Shown: one piece after another, positions 39,166 to 52,995 of the stretch
How the letters are laid out: the number at the start of each line of letters is the position of its first letter
Position numbering within the stretch: position 1 is the stretch's first letter
Source of the DNA: Tubiluchus corallicola
Lineage: Eukaryota; Animalia; Priapulida
Direction: 5' to 3'
Assembly (NCBI GenBank): GCA_030141605.1
Contig: JAQGDQ010001079.1
Coordinates: 1-64,000, forward strand
DNA length: 64,000 bases
Notes under the pieces: generated by a model
Told to the model about the DNA's origin: nothing
Database searches by the model: none
Seen by the model: only the letters and a program-made list of their open reading frames with translations
Program-made: the position numbers and the translations under genes

Positions 39166-39481
39166 CATGTAAAGCAAAGCTGTTTGCCGCATCCTGAAGT
39201 TCTTGAACAATATACTTCTAAAAAGTCTTTAACGACACACTAGAAGTTTCAGGTGCACATAGTTATTATAAATGCTGAGAAAAAAACTTTACCAAACGTT
39301 GATAGTATTAGAGGTGAAACAAAGGAAATTAAACATGGCGCGAATGCAGGTTAAAACATCTTTAGATTTACAGACAGGTAAGGTGTGGTGGTACCCTCAT
39401 GGTGGGAACAGTTTACTTTAGTTGTTTTACCCGGACTTTACTTAAATATGCATTAGTCGGTGCATAGAGTGATTAACTATT

Positions 39482-39866
39482 GTCTTTTCACAGTTTCGTT
39501 GTACGCATGCGCATTTGCTGTTGTTCAAAGGTTAAGCGTACCACAGCAATGCGTCTTAACTACAATCGTCATGTGACATGTGGGTAAAGTAAAGCCGTCT
39601 GCTGCATGAGTTTAGTAAATTCAATTGTTTTACGTGGACTTTACTTAATTATGTATTAGTCGGTGCATAGAGTGATTTACTAGCAGGATCTTACTTGGGA
39701 ACAAGAAAAAGTGAACTAGGTAAGGTTCTAGCTAGCTGTTAAAACTGTTACTATTACAACAGCTTGGGCTGCGTGGCGTTGTCAAGTGTACACAAATGCG
39801 TTGTCTGGTACACTTAACCTTTGACCTTTTCACGATCATCATAAATCGCTGGAACTGTGAAAAGGC
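39482..39866. mobile_element. PIF/Harbinger-like MITE copy
   Basis: Colinear with 37113-37481; ends ggaactgtgaaaaggc|tta. Confidence 0.6.
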
Positions 39867-40268
39867 TTATATAAGCAGCTCAGAAATCTGGTAACTGTTA
39901 ATGGATGATGCAAAGTTACTTACAGAAGACAACGTGGCTTATAGGCCTATTTATACAGGCCTACGTTAAACCACAGAGGCACCCGGTGACGTCATAGTGA
40001 ATCGTCTAGTTACACGAGCAATAATGACGTGATCATACGTTGTTTACTAGTGTGATTACAGGAAACACGTCATCAAACGTGCTCAGATTTCAAGCAGCTT
40101 TGCAAAACAAATCAAATACGATTATTAATATTTCGTCTACTGCAGTAATCGATTAAGGTTCTAATTAGGATGCTTACCTATTGATTATCGAATCGAATCG
40201 AATCGAATCACATACTCTAATCGAATTACTGTATTAAAATTCTTTGAATCTAGTTGGCTGGTCTAAAA

Positions 40269-41436
40269 CGGCGCGTTTAGACTAGCGAGTTTTCTGGCCA
40301 AGTTAATTCGTCAATTAACTCACAAGCATGGTAAGACTAGAGAACAAAACTTGCTGCGAGTTACTCTCAAACAGCAAACGCAAGTTGAGACTCACTTCTC
40401 TATTCACTGTAAGTAACTCACAAGCATGGTCAGACTAGAGAACAAAACTTGCTGCGAGTTACTCTCAAACAGTAACTCACAAGCATGGTCAGACTAGAGA
40501 ACAAAACTTGCTGCGAGTTACTCTCAAACAGTAAGCGCAAGTTGACACTCACTTCTCTATTCACTGTAAGTAACTCACAAGCATGGTCAGACTAGAGAAC
40601 AAAACTTGTTGCGAGTTACTCTCAAACAGTAAGCGCAAGTTGACACTCACTTCTCTATTCACTGTAAGTAACTCGCAAGCATGGTCAGACTAGAGAACAA
40701 AACTTGCTGCGAGCTACTCTCAAACAGTAAGTGCAAGTTGAGACTCACTTCTCTATTCACTGTAAGTAACTCGCAAGCATGGTCAGACTAGAGAGCAAAA
40801 CTTGCTGCGAGTTACTCTCAAACAGTAACTCACAAGCATGGTCAGACTAGAGAACAAAACTTGCTGCGAGTTACTCTCAAACAGTAAGCGCAAGTTGACA
40901 CTCACTTCTCTATTCACTGTAAGTAACTCGCAAGCATGGTCAGACTAGAGAACAAAACTTGCTGCGAGCTACTCTCAAACAGTAAGTGCAAGTTGAGACT
41001 CACTTCTCTATTCACTGTAAGTAACTCGCAAGCATGGTCAGACTAGAGAGCAAAACTTGCTGCGAGTTACTCTCAAACAGTAACTCACAAGCATGGTCAG
41101 ACTAGAGAACAAAACTTGCTGCGAGTTACTCTCAAACAGTAAGCGCAAGTTGACACTCACTTCTCTATTCACTGTAAGTAACTCACAAGCATGTTCAGAC
41201 TAGAGAACAAAACTTGCTGCGAGTTACTCTCAAACAGTAACTGCAAGCTGACACTCTTTTCTCTATTCACTGGAGTAACTCGCAGAGGCGTTCACACTAG
41301 ACAGTAAATCAACTCGTAGAAACTGTTGGAAAGTTTGAATAACTTGCCTACAGTAACTCTCAAGGCAGTTTACAGTCCCGAGCTTGCTATCAAAGAGAAA
41401 ACTCGCCTCAGAAAACTCGACAGTCTAAACGCGCCG
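40269..41436. mobile_element. Harbinger-like TIR element filled with a 98/59-bp tandem array
   Basis: TIR cggcgcgtttagact / agtctaaacgcgccg; array spans 40316-41280. Confidence 0.7.
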
Positions 41437-41721
41437 TAAGTCTGTACCATGTTTATGACGTCACATTTGATCTGTACAAAAACGCTAAACTGGCAGTAGT
41501 CAAAAATAGAATTGTTTTTATAACAGGTTTTGTTGGCTCAGGCGCTGAGTTGCCAATGTTACAAGCATCTGTGGTGCAGCATCCAATGCATTTACCTGTG
41601 CCTAGAAAAATGTAAAATAAAAAGACTAAAATTATTAGTAATGATTATTTTTGTTGTTGTTCAAATTAACGAATAACTAACTACGGTTGATTATGTACAT
41701 CTTTACTGGTTTGCTTTAGCT

Positions 41722-42214
41722 CAGGGGAGTGCAAATTGCGGCCCGCGGGCCACTTGCGGCCCGCCGAGAGAATTTGTGCGGCCCGCGAAGAGATTTGTCA
41801 ACCTAATGAAAGTGCGGCCGGGGCGATTAATTGAGTGTATCCAGCTGAAGTCCGTGCCACGATCCCAAAGATAGTGCCGGTAGTTTTTTCTACTAGATCG
41901 GATGCCATTAACCCTTACAAGACGGTTGTAGCTTATTGTCACTGTACTACACAGACTGTGTGATACTAATATGCATTGTAATGAAATTACCACTATTTGT
42001 CCTGAAAGTAGAAATATATGGTCTGTAATATAAATTTTAATAACTTCTAAAATAGTTTCTTGAGTGTAGTAGTAATGATGTACACAGGTCGGATGCAAAA
42101 AAGTCGTTATTAGGCCTTTCTGTACTTGACTCCTTGATCAAACTGCCTGTGGACCGCAGGAATTGCGGGAAAGTTTAATGTGGTCCGGCTAGTCAGATAA
42201 TTTGCACACCCCTG
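41722..42214 (-). mobile_element. hAT (Charlie-like) MITE
   Basis: rc of 20242-20720; flanks ctttagct/atctagct. Confidence 0.82.
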
Positions 42215-42600
42215 ATCTAGCTCCCCCAAGATTGCACCATTCAAAATAGACCTCATAAGACCTGAAGGAGTTAAGAAAAGTAATGTGCGATAGCAAACTT
42301 ATAGGCAGAACTGACATGCTTCCTGTTAGTTAAAGGACAAGAAAAGGGGCACCTGAAGTAGGTTTCAAAAAAGTCACCTTTAAAATTATACTACTTTACA
42401 AGTACATATGCACACATGCATATACTACCTTATGTACATGTCGTATTCGCGTTGAAAGGAATTTTCGTTTGTTTTCATTTTAAATCTACTTAAAGTCATT
42501 TTAATTGAGATTTTAAGTCATCTTTAAGACGTATTTTTAATCTCACTGACAAGATACAGTAATTTAAATTTTTGCTTTATTAGCAACATGTACGCCACGC

Positions 42601-42720
42601 GTCTACGGCCATATCACGTTGAAAACACCGGTTCTCGTCTGATCACCGAAGTTAAGCAACGTAGAGCCTGGTTAGTACTTGGATGGGTGACCGCCTAGGA
42701 ATACCAGGTGCTGTAGGCTT
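42601..42720 (+). rRNA. Full-length 5S rRNA-derived sequence serving as a SINE head (probably not a functional 5S gene)
   Basis: GTCTACGGCCATA...GATCACCGAAGTTAAGC...AGTACTTGGATGGGTGACCGCC...GCTGTAGGCTT, 120 nt; no T-run terminator follows. Confidence 0.9.
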
Positions 42721-43146
42721 GCGGGATGCCCACACTGTATCTCGACACTAGACGGAGGAGCTGCACAAGCCGCCAACGACTAGAGGCCGGAGGAGGTCAA
42801 GTGACCCAACGGCCATGTGTAGAGGAGTAAACCTTCCAAATCAGGAGTGGAGCCCCGAAGGTGGACCAGTGCAGCATGCTCATTGACTCCGGCAGCTCCT
42901 GCAGCCAACCTGGTGCCAAACGTATCGCTCTGCTTTTCTTTGGACTACACCAGGGAGGAAGAGAGGGGGTTCCTGTTGTCTGCGCAACTCAGGATCTCCA
43001 TACACCTTGCCCAGGCGTGCGCCCTGGAGACGCTCAAGGATCGGACTGCTCAGCCACAGTCGACGCGGCTGCTCCATCAATGTGATCAATAACTGACTCT
43101 CTTGGCGCACACTCCGTTGTCTTCCGAGACAGAAGGATGCCAACAA
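42601..43146 (+). mobile_element. SINE3-type retroposon: 5S head, GC-rich RTE-like body and RTE-like 3' tail
   Basis: Inserted as one block within the Kolobok-like consensus (...acatgtacgccacg|SINE|ctacgaatg...); ends gtcttccgagacagaaggatgccaacaa. Confidence 0.75.
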
Positions 43147-45139
43147 TACTACGAATGCTGTGATTATTTTCTCAAACTTTATTTAATGTTTTCAAAACTT
43201 GTTTCAAACGACCTAAAATGGCTGCGTCTAACGGTCATCGCCTGAGTTTAAATTTACAAGTTTTATACAGCGTTACGGCCGATGCAAACCATGCATACGA
43301 AAAGGTAGTACGCAAGTGGTATAAAATTTCGAGACGAATTTTTTAAGCTCAATGTAAGTGGAGGGTTTTCTTGTGCTTTAAATCAAACACTGGCCGAAGA
43401 TTAGTGGACTTGCTTACTGACTAGTTGGTTTCTGGCTGGCTTGTTGACTAACTGATTCAAATACCGATTTAATTCAACTGATTCAATTCATTTTATTTAT
43501 TTTTGCGTTTATTTACAAACCTGCCATTTCCTTGCACTCTGGGTGACATTCAGCTGCGCACTCTCGTACAAATTTCTGGACGTGGTCGTTCATTTTAAAC
43601 CTTTCCACCTGTTGTAAACAAAACGCTAAAATCATTGGTCTGGATTCGTAAATTGATTGTAATTCCTAGCAACAGATGTCGCTTGAAATCAGTTACAGAG
43701 ACGCGAAGGAAAGGAAAAGCGTAATATTTTTGCATTCGACCAAAAAGTTCATAAACGCGTTTCTGAATTTCAGCAGATCTATGCTGCCATCTACAGGTCA
43801 GATTTAGCAATTCAAAATAATTGTAATAGTTAACTAATGTAGGCTAAATGTAGGAGGTAAGTATTTTAATGATCACATGAGGGAAAGTACATGGTGTATA
43901 CACCTTGAGCAAGCAAAGCAAATAAAAGCAAACAAACTGAAAAACACAGAAACAAGCAAGCAAGCAAACAAACAAGCAAATGTGGAGCAAGCTTTGATGC
44001 AGCACAGATCTTACAAATGAGGTGAAAGAAAGATCGAATCAAGGAAGACTTACAGCTTAAAGCCACAGTTGCTTCTACTTGTTTAATAATTGTTTTAATA
44101 GATGGCGCTTTCACGTACAATGCTATTGTGCAAAGTTACAATAAAAACTCTATACATAATTCTACAACATAAAAGTATGAAGGAACGCCAAATGTTTGCA
44201 GTAAATGTGATAATCTGGAAACGTGAAAGTGTGTCTGAGAATACGAGGATACAAGAGAATAAACTCCAGCGGCCAGCTCCGCCTTATATATATGTGCAAA
44301 AGAACAATCTAGAAATAGAAAGTTCTAGAAACTTTTACAAGGTAAGATTGTTCTACTGCACTATGGAATATTCCAGAATAATCTCCACAACAGAGCCAAA
44401 ATTATGAATTTATTCCACAGCAACTCAAACATACATAGAAGTTGATATTACATTGAAAAAAAAAATAAACTAAACGAGTTACTGTGAGGAGGGGGAAGGA
44501 GCATTGAGCTTTCGAGTCTTCCTCCAGATAAGTGAAACAATTGACAATTAACATTACATTTTCATCAGTTATAGCGTGCATTAGAACAGAATAAGTTTTG
44601 TTAGTAACTTAAGAGCAGGATGAGTAAAATTGTGAGTTAATTATACAGTTGTAGTAGGTAATTCTTTGATGCTTTTTTAAATTGATAAAGATTAAGAGTT
44701 TTCATTTCACTTTCAAAATAAAGTTCAAAAAATTTTTGGTTACCTTGCAGTACATGTCTCCGCTCTGACATTCAATGGGTTTCAATTTTTCCACATTTTT
44801 TCGACAATCCGTTGCCGCACCTTCACACACGTAGCACTTTATAGATGTTGCCATGGAAACAAAGGACAGAATGACTATCACTGAAAAAAATTTTGTCGGT
44901 GGATTACTGGTTTTGCCTCAAGAGTGAGCACAGTAGTAAATTTGAGATTTGAATTTTTATCTTAAAACTTGCTTAGTTTTAGTACAACACACTGAATATC
45001 TTACAGTAGCACTGTACTTCAATTTTCGCTTTCGCAAACACGTGCAACACGCTCATGGAATATTTTTGCTGTTGAAAATTATGTTAGTTTGTGATGTCAT
45101 CAATAGTTGGGCTCGCCCGCCGTTAATTATTTTTGAATC

Positions 45140-45791
45140 TACTATCTAATTATCGTAAACGCTTTTGCAGTATTAGTTGTGTTAAAACAAGATTTAATCA
45201 ATACACTGTGCCTTTCTGTAGAACCAACATAGCCAAACATTTTATAATATATCAAGGACCAAAAGTCTGGAATGAGATTTGTCAATCCGCAAAAAATAGC
45301 AGAACTATTACTAGATTAAAAAAAATGCTAAAAAATCAAATTTTAAGTAAGTATCAGTGAGTAATCAAAATTTCTATCAGTATCCATCCTCACAGTGGTA
45401 GCAAAACAGTGGTGTTAGCTTAATCAAGTTATTTTAATTTTACATACTATTAACAAATAATAGTCTTTCTATCTTTTATATCATCCCATATATGAACTTC
45501 ATTCATTACATCATTCCATTTTAAGCAAATGTTTTTTTATCACGATTCACTTTAAAATTTCAGATTATCTCCATTATTTTTTTTTTCTATCACTGTGTAG
45601 GACAGTCTAACAAGCCCTGCTTTTTGATTGCCCGCAACACATTTACCTTCGTGTATAAGTGAACAGTGTTTGAGGCTTTTCCTGTGCAGTATTTCTTATT
45701 TGTATTATATTCATTGTAGGCCCTTTCACTAGATATTGTACATGAAACTATTGTAAATGTGTAAGGTGAAATAAATGACTTATGACTTATG
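45140..45791 (+). mobile_element. LINE (L2/Crack-like) 3' fragment
   Basis: PFCRTNIAKHFIIYQGPKVWN...LKKMLK resembles an ORF2 C-terminus; ends aataaa-(tgactta)n. Confidence 0.65.
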
Positions 45792-46169
45792 AAAATGTAT
45801 GCTTTTGTCATACTTGGACATGGGATAGTATATGAAAAATCTTCCTGTCTTCTGCTAAATACACATAAATGAACGTGTTCGTTTGTTGACATGTCGTCTA
45901 TCTGCAGTCGTAAGCTTCTTAGACTAGTTAAGAACCAGTAAGAAGGATAAATCCTACAGGAAGTGAAGCACGTAGAATAATTAAGACAAACTGCTTAAAA
46001 TAATCCTGTCGAGAATCAAACCACTGACAAGGGGGAAATAACGTTTTGGGGATTTTTCAGAATGTTATGAAGTTTTGTTTTCTGTGCACGTGTAAAATGT
46101 GTAAATGCTTACAGTTGACGTTAACAACAGACTATGCATGTATGAACCTAGAGTTTAGATGAGTGACTA

Positions 46170-46645
46170 AATCAAATCAAATCAAATCAAATCAAATCAA
46201 GTCAGCACAGGTCGGGTTAGGTCAGGTGAAGTCAAGCCAAGCCAAGCTAAGGCAAGCCAAGCCAAGTCAAGTCAGGTGAAGTCAAGTCGAATCAAATCAA
46301 ATCTATCTATCTATCTATCTATCAGACAATCACTCAGTCGGTCAATCGATCGGTCAGCCAGTCAATTAGTCAGTCAGTCAAAAACTAATGAAATCTTATT
46401 CCATTGAACACTGATACCAAGAACTAGAAAGAGAACACCATCACGGTGAAACAAACTGACTGCCTGACAACTGACTGACTGACCGACCGACTGATTATCT
46501 GACTGACTGACTGACTGACTGACTGACTGACTGACTGACTGACTGACTGACTGACTGACTGACTGACTGACTGACTGACTGATTGACTGACTGACTGACT
46601 GACTGACTGACTGACTGACTGACTGACTGACTGACTGACTGACTG
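46170..46645. repeat. Compound microsatellites (AAATC, AAGYC, CTAT, CTGA)n
   Basis: Direct observation. Confidence 0.92.
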
Positions 46646-47817
46646 CTCAAGTGGCCTAAAAAGTCAACTATAACCATTTACAGATTTTACACTTGGAAAG
46701 TGAAAGACACGAATTTTAAATATCTGTCCTGTGTGAGGTTTGTGGCGCCATCTATCCAACCTTTCCAATCCCAAAAAACTTGTACACTTTAAGACTCAAT
46801 CATCTGAACTGGAAACTCAAATTGAACTATTGATTTCTGGAATCTGATAAATTGTATAAAGTTAGGTTCTGTCTTCTACCCTACTCATCAGAGAAAGGGA
46901 AGACCTATTTAGTCAAGAAAACCTCTGATCACTCCGGGTTGTTATCATCACTTCTTCTTCTTTTTCTTCGTCGGTTAAAGTCGCGCAAATCACGAAACGT
47001 CGCGCGCTGCAAGGAAGAAAAGCAGAAACGTAATCGAAACTTAATCAGTCTCGCAGAAGGCAGAAAAAATTATTGCGCGGAAATGTCAAGATCTGAGAAA
47101 GAACGACGCTATTGTCTGATAATGGTAATAACCGCAGAAAATGAGCTTAAGTGTTGCACGTCGAGTGCGCATGCGTGCCTTCTGAAATGTATTATGTGTA
47201 TTGCAGGTTGCTTTGATCAGTAAAATTCATTGAATGCTACGACTTGTGTTGAGATGAAGAAAAATCTTTGTCTAATTTTCCTCTGGCCACATTTTCAACA
47301 TTTTAAAACTCTTCAAGACCGACCGACTGACTGACTGACTGACTCTTCAAGACTGACTTTGATAAGTCTCAGTTTGGCGACTACATTAACGTTTCACAAT
47401 AATGCATCATGCCCCTTTTGGAAGACTGTAAAAAGGTTAAAAGCATAATATAACATAAATTTTAACTCACGCACACATATGTATATCTATTTATATACAT
47501 ATATGTATACGCAAAATGTATCCTGGTTTTATCGTAAATTTTTGTAAAAGTCCTTGTTCTTATATATTAGGTAAGTAAATCGTGCTTGTAGAAAAGGTTG
47601 TCATTTTTAATACTTTCCTAATAGTGAAATCTAAACAATCCCAGTGAATCAATTCTGTTATTATGAACCTTAATTATTATTAATAATTGTTAAGAGGTTT
47701 TATAAGCAAGTTTGTGGTACACGTATTAAGGACATAATTATAACTGACCATGTTGTATATACACTCTTATATCATGATACAGTGCAGAATTATCGGCCTG
47801 CATATAAATAGGCCTTG

Positions 47818-47819
<2 letters not shown>

Positions 47820-47867
<48 letters not shown>

Positions 47868-48049
47868 CGTGCGTGCCTGCGTGTGTGTGTGTGTATATAT
47901 TGTGCAAAAGAAGATTTATCATTATCAAATTGGAAGGCTGACTGATTTCTTTTGCTTTTGCGTCACAGTTACGTGGCTGCTGTCATGTACCGTAGGTCAC
48001 AGTTACGTGGCTGATGTCATGTACCGTAGCTCACAGTTACGTGGCTGAT
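47820..48049. repeat. (GT)n plus a 34-bp tandem repeat (~2.6 copies from 47963)
   Basis: Direct observation. Confidence 0.9.
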
Positions 48050-48295
48050 GAACGTGAAATTTTGTTTGTGTGGTAATAATTCCTTTGAAAAAAAAAATAG
48101 TACGTTTGCTTTCGATATTTTAAATAGTAGATTGTTTTGACATACAGTTTAAGATTGGGTCCGATTTTGCTTTAACCACAGTCACACCAGGCAACGTGGT
48201 CGCAATTCGTGCAGCGAATAACGTGTTATTCATATTCACCTGACACGTGTGTCAGTAACGACTCCTGATGTCTGTTATTTGAGTAGCAAGCTTAA

Positions 48296-48752
48296 CCCCT
48301 TAAAACCCGTTGTATCCCTTGGGATACGAGAATATTTTCTGCCTTTAAAATTAATAAAATTTTAAAACTGACATTTATTTGATCTGTTAATAGTTATTTT
48401 GATTTAAGTCAATAACAATAGACTAAAAATGGTGATAAAATGGCAAACTAGAAAATCTACATAGCATAAAAACTGCGCAAGGTACAGTACTTTAGAGACG
48501 ACTTTGTGCAGATCAGCATAGCATGCACGCTAAATGTCTTAAATACTTTAAAAAATTATCAACAGTTGCAAAATGAAGCACATTTTATGCTTCCATTGAA
48601 TCCCAATGTATCTCGTGGGATACAGGCTATAATTAGCACGCGGGCACAGGTAGAAAAAGTGATTATTATGTGTAAACAAGATAGACATACTGAACAAAAG
48701 TACCATGCCAAAAAAATTTTCTTATTAAAAAAATAATTTGGGACTGAAAGGC
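48296..48752 (+). mobile_element. piggyBac-type MITE
   Basis: TTAA flanks; homologous to 5943-6318. Confidence 0.82.
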
Positions 48753-49379
48753 TTAAACCAATTCCCACTGCTGTAAGCACCTTTATTTCCTGCTTAATTT
48801 TGCGATGTCTGAATAGGCATGACTAATCACTCTACGCCAGCATCTGAACCATTTTTCTGGCTTCCCTAATTTGGCTTGTATGTTTCCTCAGACAAGAGAA
48901 TCTTGGAGGAACGTCAACTGCATTTCCTCAGTAGAACGGACTTCCATGATTCAACTAAACCTACAGTTTCAAACTTTCACTTAATGTCGCTAATGGAGCT
49001 TGTAATTTAATATCTAGTTGAAGCTATTAGTTTAATCATAATATCCTAGAGGGCAGCAGTAGCAGTGCATGCCAGAATTTTACAGTTGAGGATGAGGAAA
49101 TGTAATAATGCAAATTATAATGATAAGGATAGTAATTTCTTGGGTTTCCTTTAATCTTTTTAGGAAAAACTTGAAATCCGCTTAATTAAGCCTGTAATAA
49201 TTAGATGAAATGAAAGTCTCATCATAGAATGATTACGCGAGCAATGACATCAGCAGCAGTAGTAACAGCAATAACACAACCATAACGACAACAGCAGCAG
49301 CAGTGACAATGACAGTCGCTGTAAGCTCGTTATTGACTAATTACGATGAACAATGGCAGCGGCAGCAGTAGAAACAGCA

Positions 49380-49689
49380 AAAACACAAGCACAACGACAA
49401 CAGCAACGCCAGTCACCACAACAACGATGACGAAGACGACGACGACGACAACAGCAATAGCAACAACAGCAACAGCAGCAACACAATCACCACAACAACG
49501 ATGACGACGACGACAACAACAACAACAACAGCAACGAAAAGATCAACAACGACAACAACAACAATAACAACAACACCAGCACCACCATCACAACAATAAC
49601 AAGAACGGCAACAACAACAACAACAGCAATAACAACAATGACGACGACAACAACAACATCAACCAAACAACAGCAGCAGCAGCAAAATG

Positions 49690-49739
<50 letters not shown>

Positions 49740-49744
49740 CGACG

Positions 49745-49793
<49 letters not shown>

Positions 49794-49830
49794 CTACAAC
49801 AACAACAACAACAACAACAACAATAATAAT

Positions 49831-49896
<66 letters not shown>

Positions 49897-49902
49897 AACA
49901 AT

Positions 49903-49971
<69 letters not shown>

Positions 49972-50030
49972 AACAATAACAATAACAATAACAATAACAA
50001 TAACAACAACAACAACAACAACAACTATAA
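49380..50030. repeat. (AAC)n-rich microsatellite
   Basis: Direct observation. Confidence 0.95.
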
Positions 50031-50666
50031 TCATTACAATTGTTTGTTAGTTATCGTAGACTTTATATCAACGGCAGTTACAAAGCAGTGAAATTTGTAA
50101 GACGTGTGTTAAACTAAAAAGCAGACTCCATCAAAATTAGCGCATTGATTTCTGAGCTTAAACGATTTTCTCCACAAGTCATAAATTTCCTATTAACTTG
50201 TTCACGAAGCCATGCAAAGCCATGCAAAAGTCTTTACGGCTTCTATTACCATATGATTATTCACCCGCTAATGCTTTACATGGTAATTACTCGTCCAGTC
50301 TTAACACTTTACCACTAATCACTCCGCTAAAATTGATGCGGATTTATATCAAGAACATAGTACTTATTTGAGGAAATAAAGCGTAAGAAGCCATTAATGA
50401 CGGAAAGTACAAGGTGAGTCAAAAGTTGAGACAATTTCTGACGTCTGCAGAGACGAGTGCGTGAATTCGGTTGCTTAGTAAGCATAACTGCTCGCTCTCT
50501 ATGTTGTAATAACGTATCATAAGCATACGGGCCGGTTTTCCTAGGGGGACTGAGCCACTTCGGATGGGGATTGGGGAATTATCTCACATTACCCAAAACC
50601 CTCTCCCCCCAGCATTTGCGCCTGTGTAACGTATTATTATGACTACTGAGAATGGAATTTTATTAA

Positions 50667-51215
50667 AGGAAAACCGGATGATTGTGTAAACATTAGTTCA
50701 GAATAGAGAATGCTCTAATATATTGAAAACTACAAAAGTTTATTGTAAATCAAAGCTTAGATTAAATAATAATTACCTCGGATACTCAAATTTCGTTAAA
50801 CTTGCAAAGCTACGCGCGGCTCAGTGAATCTACTAAGACTGGCAGCGGCGCCTTTTTGTCACATTCGCCTAGCCGACAAGTAAAAGGTGGTATCGTGATA
50901 AGCATGATCACGAACTGCAGTGTTAGTTTCTGACGTAATATGATGTACAGCCCATTTTAAGTGACATCATGCATTAAAACAGTACTGTAACACCTATGCA
51001 AATGTGCTTGATGCGCAAGAGAAGACGTCTGTCATTGCGCAAACTGTGGTTAGTTTCTGACGTAAGCAATAGCTATGTTCGATTGCCCTTAATTAACTTT
51101 TTAAGCTAATTATTCAAATATAAGAAACAATTGCTAGTTTTTATAGGTAAGAAAATGTATATTTTGAACAGTAAATTAAAATGAGATTGAGTCTAAACAA
51201 TCGTCCGGTCTTCCT
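50667..51215 (+). mobile_element. Kolobok-like MITE
   Basis: TTAA|AGGAAAACCGGATGATTG...CAATCGTCCGGTCTTCCT|TTAT. Confidence 0.68.
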
Positions 51216-51529
51216 TTATGTAGACAGTCAGTCGTTTCAAATTATTTGTGAAATGTTTGCAGTGCGCTGCATACCACGCTGCAGGACAGTGCCTAGCACT
51301 TGGAACTTAATTTCACGTTATTCGTTTATCCTATGATTCATACACGTCAACTTACCAAATAAATTCACTTCCAAAATGTGAGCCATGTTGTATAACCTTG
51401 TTTTCCGTTCCTGCAATGAAAAAATCAATACTGTAGCAAACAAAAAATGCATTTTTGCAAAATTTGTAGAAAAGTGTCGCTCAGGCGGAGGACCGTGTCG
51501 TATATTATTAAATATAAAGATTTCTATAG

Positions 51530-52737
51530 CAACCCTTGCATTCTATACGAACCCTTACTATATTTAATTGCTTTATTTTAAAATAACAGTAATATTATGT
51601 TATTATGCTTCAATAAGAACCCTTACTATCTTTAATTGCGTTTATTTTAAAATTTTAAATAACAGTAATATTATGTTATTATGCTTCAAAAAGAACCCTT
51701 ACTATCTTTAATTGCGTTTATTTTAAAATAACAGTAATATTATGTTATTATGCTTCAAAAAGAACCCTACTATCTTTAATTGCGTTTATTTTAAAATAAC
51801 AGTAATATTATGTTATTATGCTTCAAAAAGAACCCTACTATCTTTAATTGCGTTTATTTTAAAATAACAGTAATATTATGTTATTATGCTTCAAAAAGAA
51901 CCCTTACTATCTTTAATTGCGTTTATTTTAAAATAACAGTAATATTATGTTATTATGCTTCAAAAAGAACCCTTACTATCTTTAATTGCGTTTATTTTTT
52001 TTAAATAACAGTAATATTATGTTATTATGCTTCAAAAAGAACCCTTACTATCTTTAATTGCGTTTATTTTTTTAAAATAACAGTAATATTATGTTATTAT
52101 GCTTCAAAAAGAACCTTTACTATCTTTAATTGCGTTTATTTTAAAATAACAGTAATATTATGTTATTATGCTTCAAAAAGAACCTTTACTATCTTTAATT
52201 GCGTTTATTTTAAAATAACAGTAATATTATGTTATTATGCTTCAAAAAGAACCCTTACTATCTTTAATTGCGTTTATTTTAAAATAACAGTAATATTATG
52301 TTATTATGCTTCAAAAAGAACCTTTACTATCTTTAATTGCGTTTATTTTAAAATAACAGTAATATTATGTTATTATGCTTCAAAAAGAACCCTTACTGTC
52401 TTTAATTGCGTTTATTTTTTTTAAAATAACAGTAATATTATGTTATTATGCTTCAAAAAGAACCTTTACTATCTTTAATTGCGTTTATTTTAAAATAACA
52501 GTAATATTATGTTATTATGCTTCAAAAAGAACCCTTACTATCTTTAATTGCGTTTATTTTAAAATAACAGTAATATTATGTTACTATGCTTCAAAAAGAA
52601 CCTTTACTATCTTTAATTGCGTTTCTTTCAAAATAACAGTAATATTATGTTACTATGCTTCAAAAAGAACCCCTACTATATTTAATTGCTTTATTTTGAA
52701 ACAACAGTAATATTATCTTATTATGCTTCAAAAAGAA
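51530..52737. repeat. 69-bp AT-rich minisatellite (~17 copies)
   Basis: Unit aagaacccttactatctttaattgcgtttattttaaaataacagtaatattatgttattatgcttcaaa. Confidence 0.95.
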
Positions 52738-52995
52738 TATGCAGTTTTGTTTTAAGTAAAATTTATTCTAATTTCTTGAAGTAAATGACAAAGTAATTAA
52801 AGTTTCCATGCGCCATCTAAGAAATTTAGGTCTACCCAGAAACATGCATTAGTAAAATTATCAATTTCTAAAATGTGGGAGCCAATGATAGTGACACCGT
52901 TGACTGGTATATCTTGAATGTGGGAGATTTCCCTACCTTCCTGTAAGACCATATATACGTATATATGCAAGACCATGTATATATTCCTGTTTCAT

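Larger units (their letters stand above)
42334..43377 (-). mobile_element. Kolobok-like element interrupted by the 5S-SINE
   Basis: TTAA|AGGACAAGAAA...TTCTTGTGCT|TTAA. Confidence 0.72.

Noticed and set aside
40316-41280. CRISPR-like array (also considered for 51530-52737 and 52996-53518)
   Set aside because: No unique spacers, no cas genes, and a eukaryotic context; ordinary tandem repeats.
42601-42720. Functional 5S rRNA gene
   Set aside because: No T-run terminator, not in a tandem array, sits inside a transposon, and has cctagga where 5S usually has cctggga.
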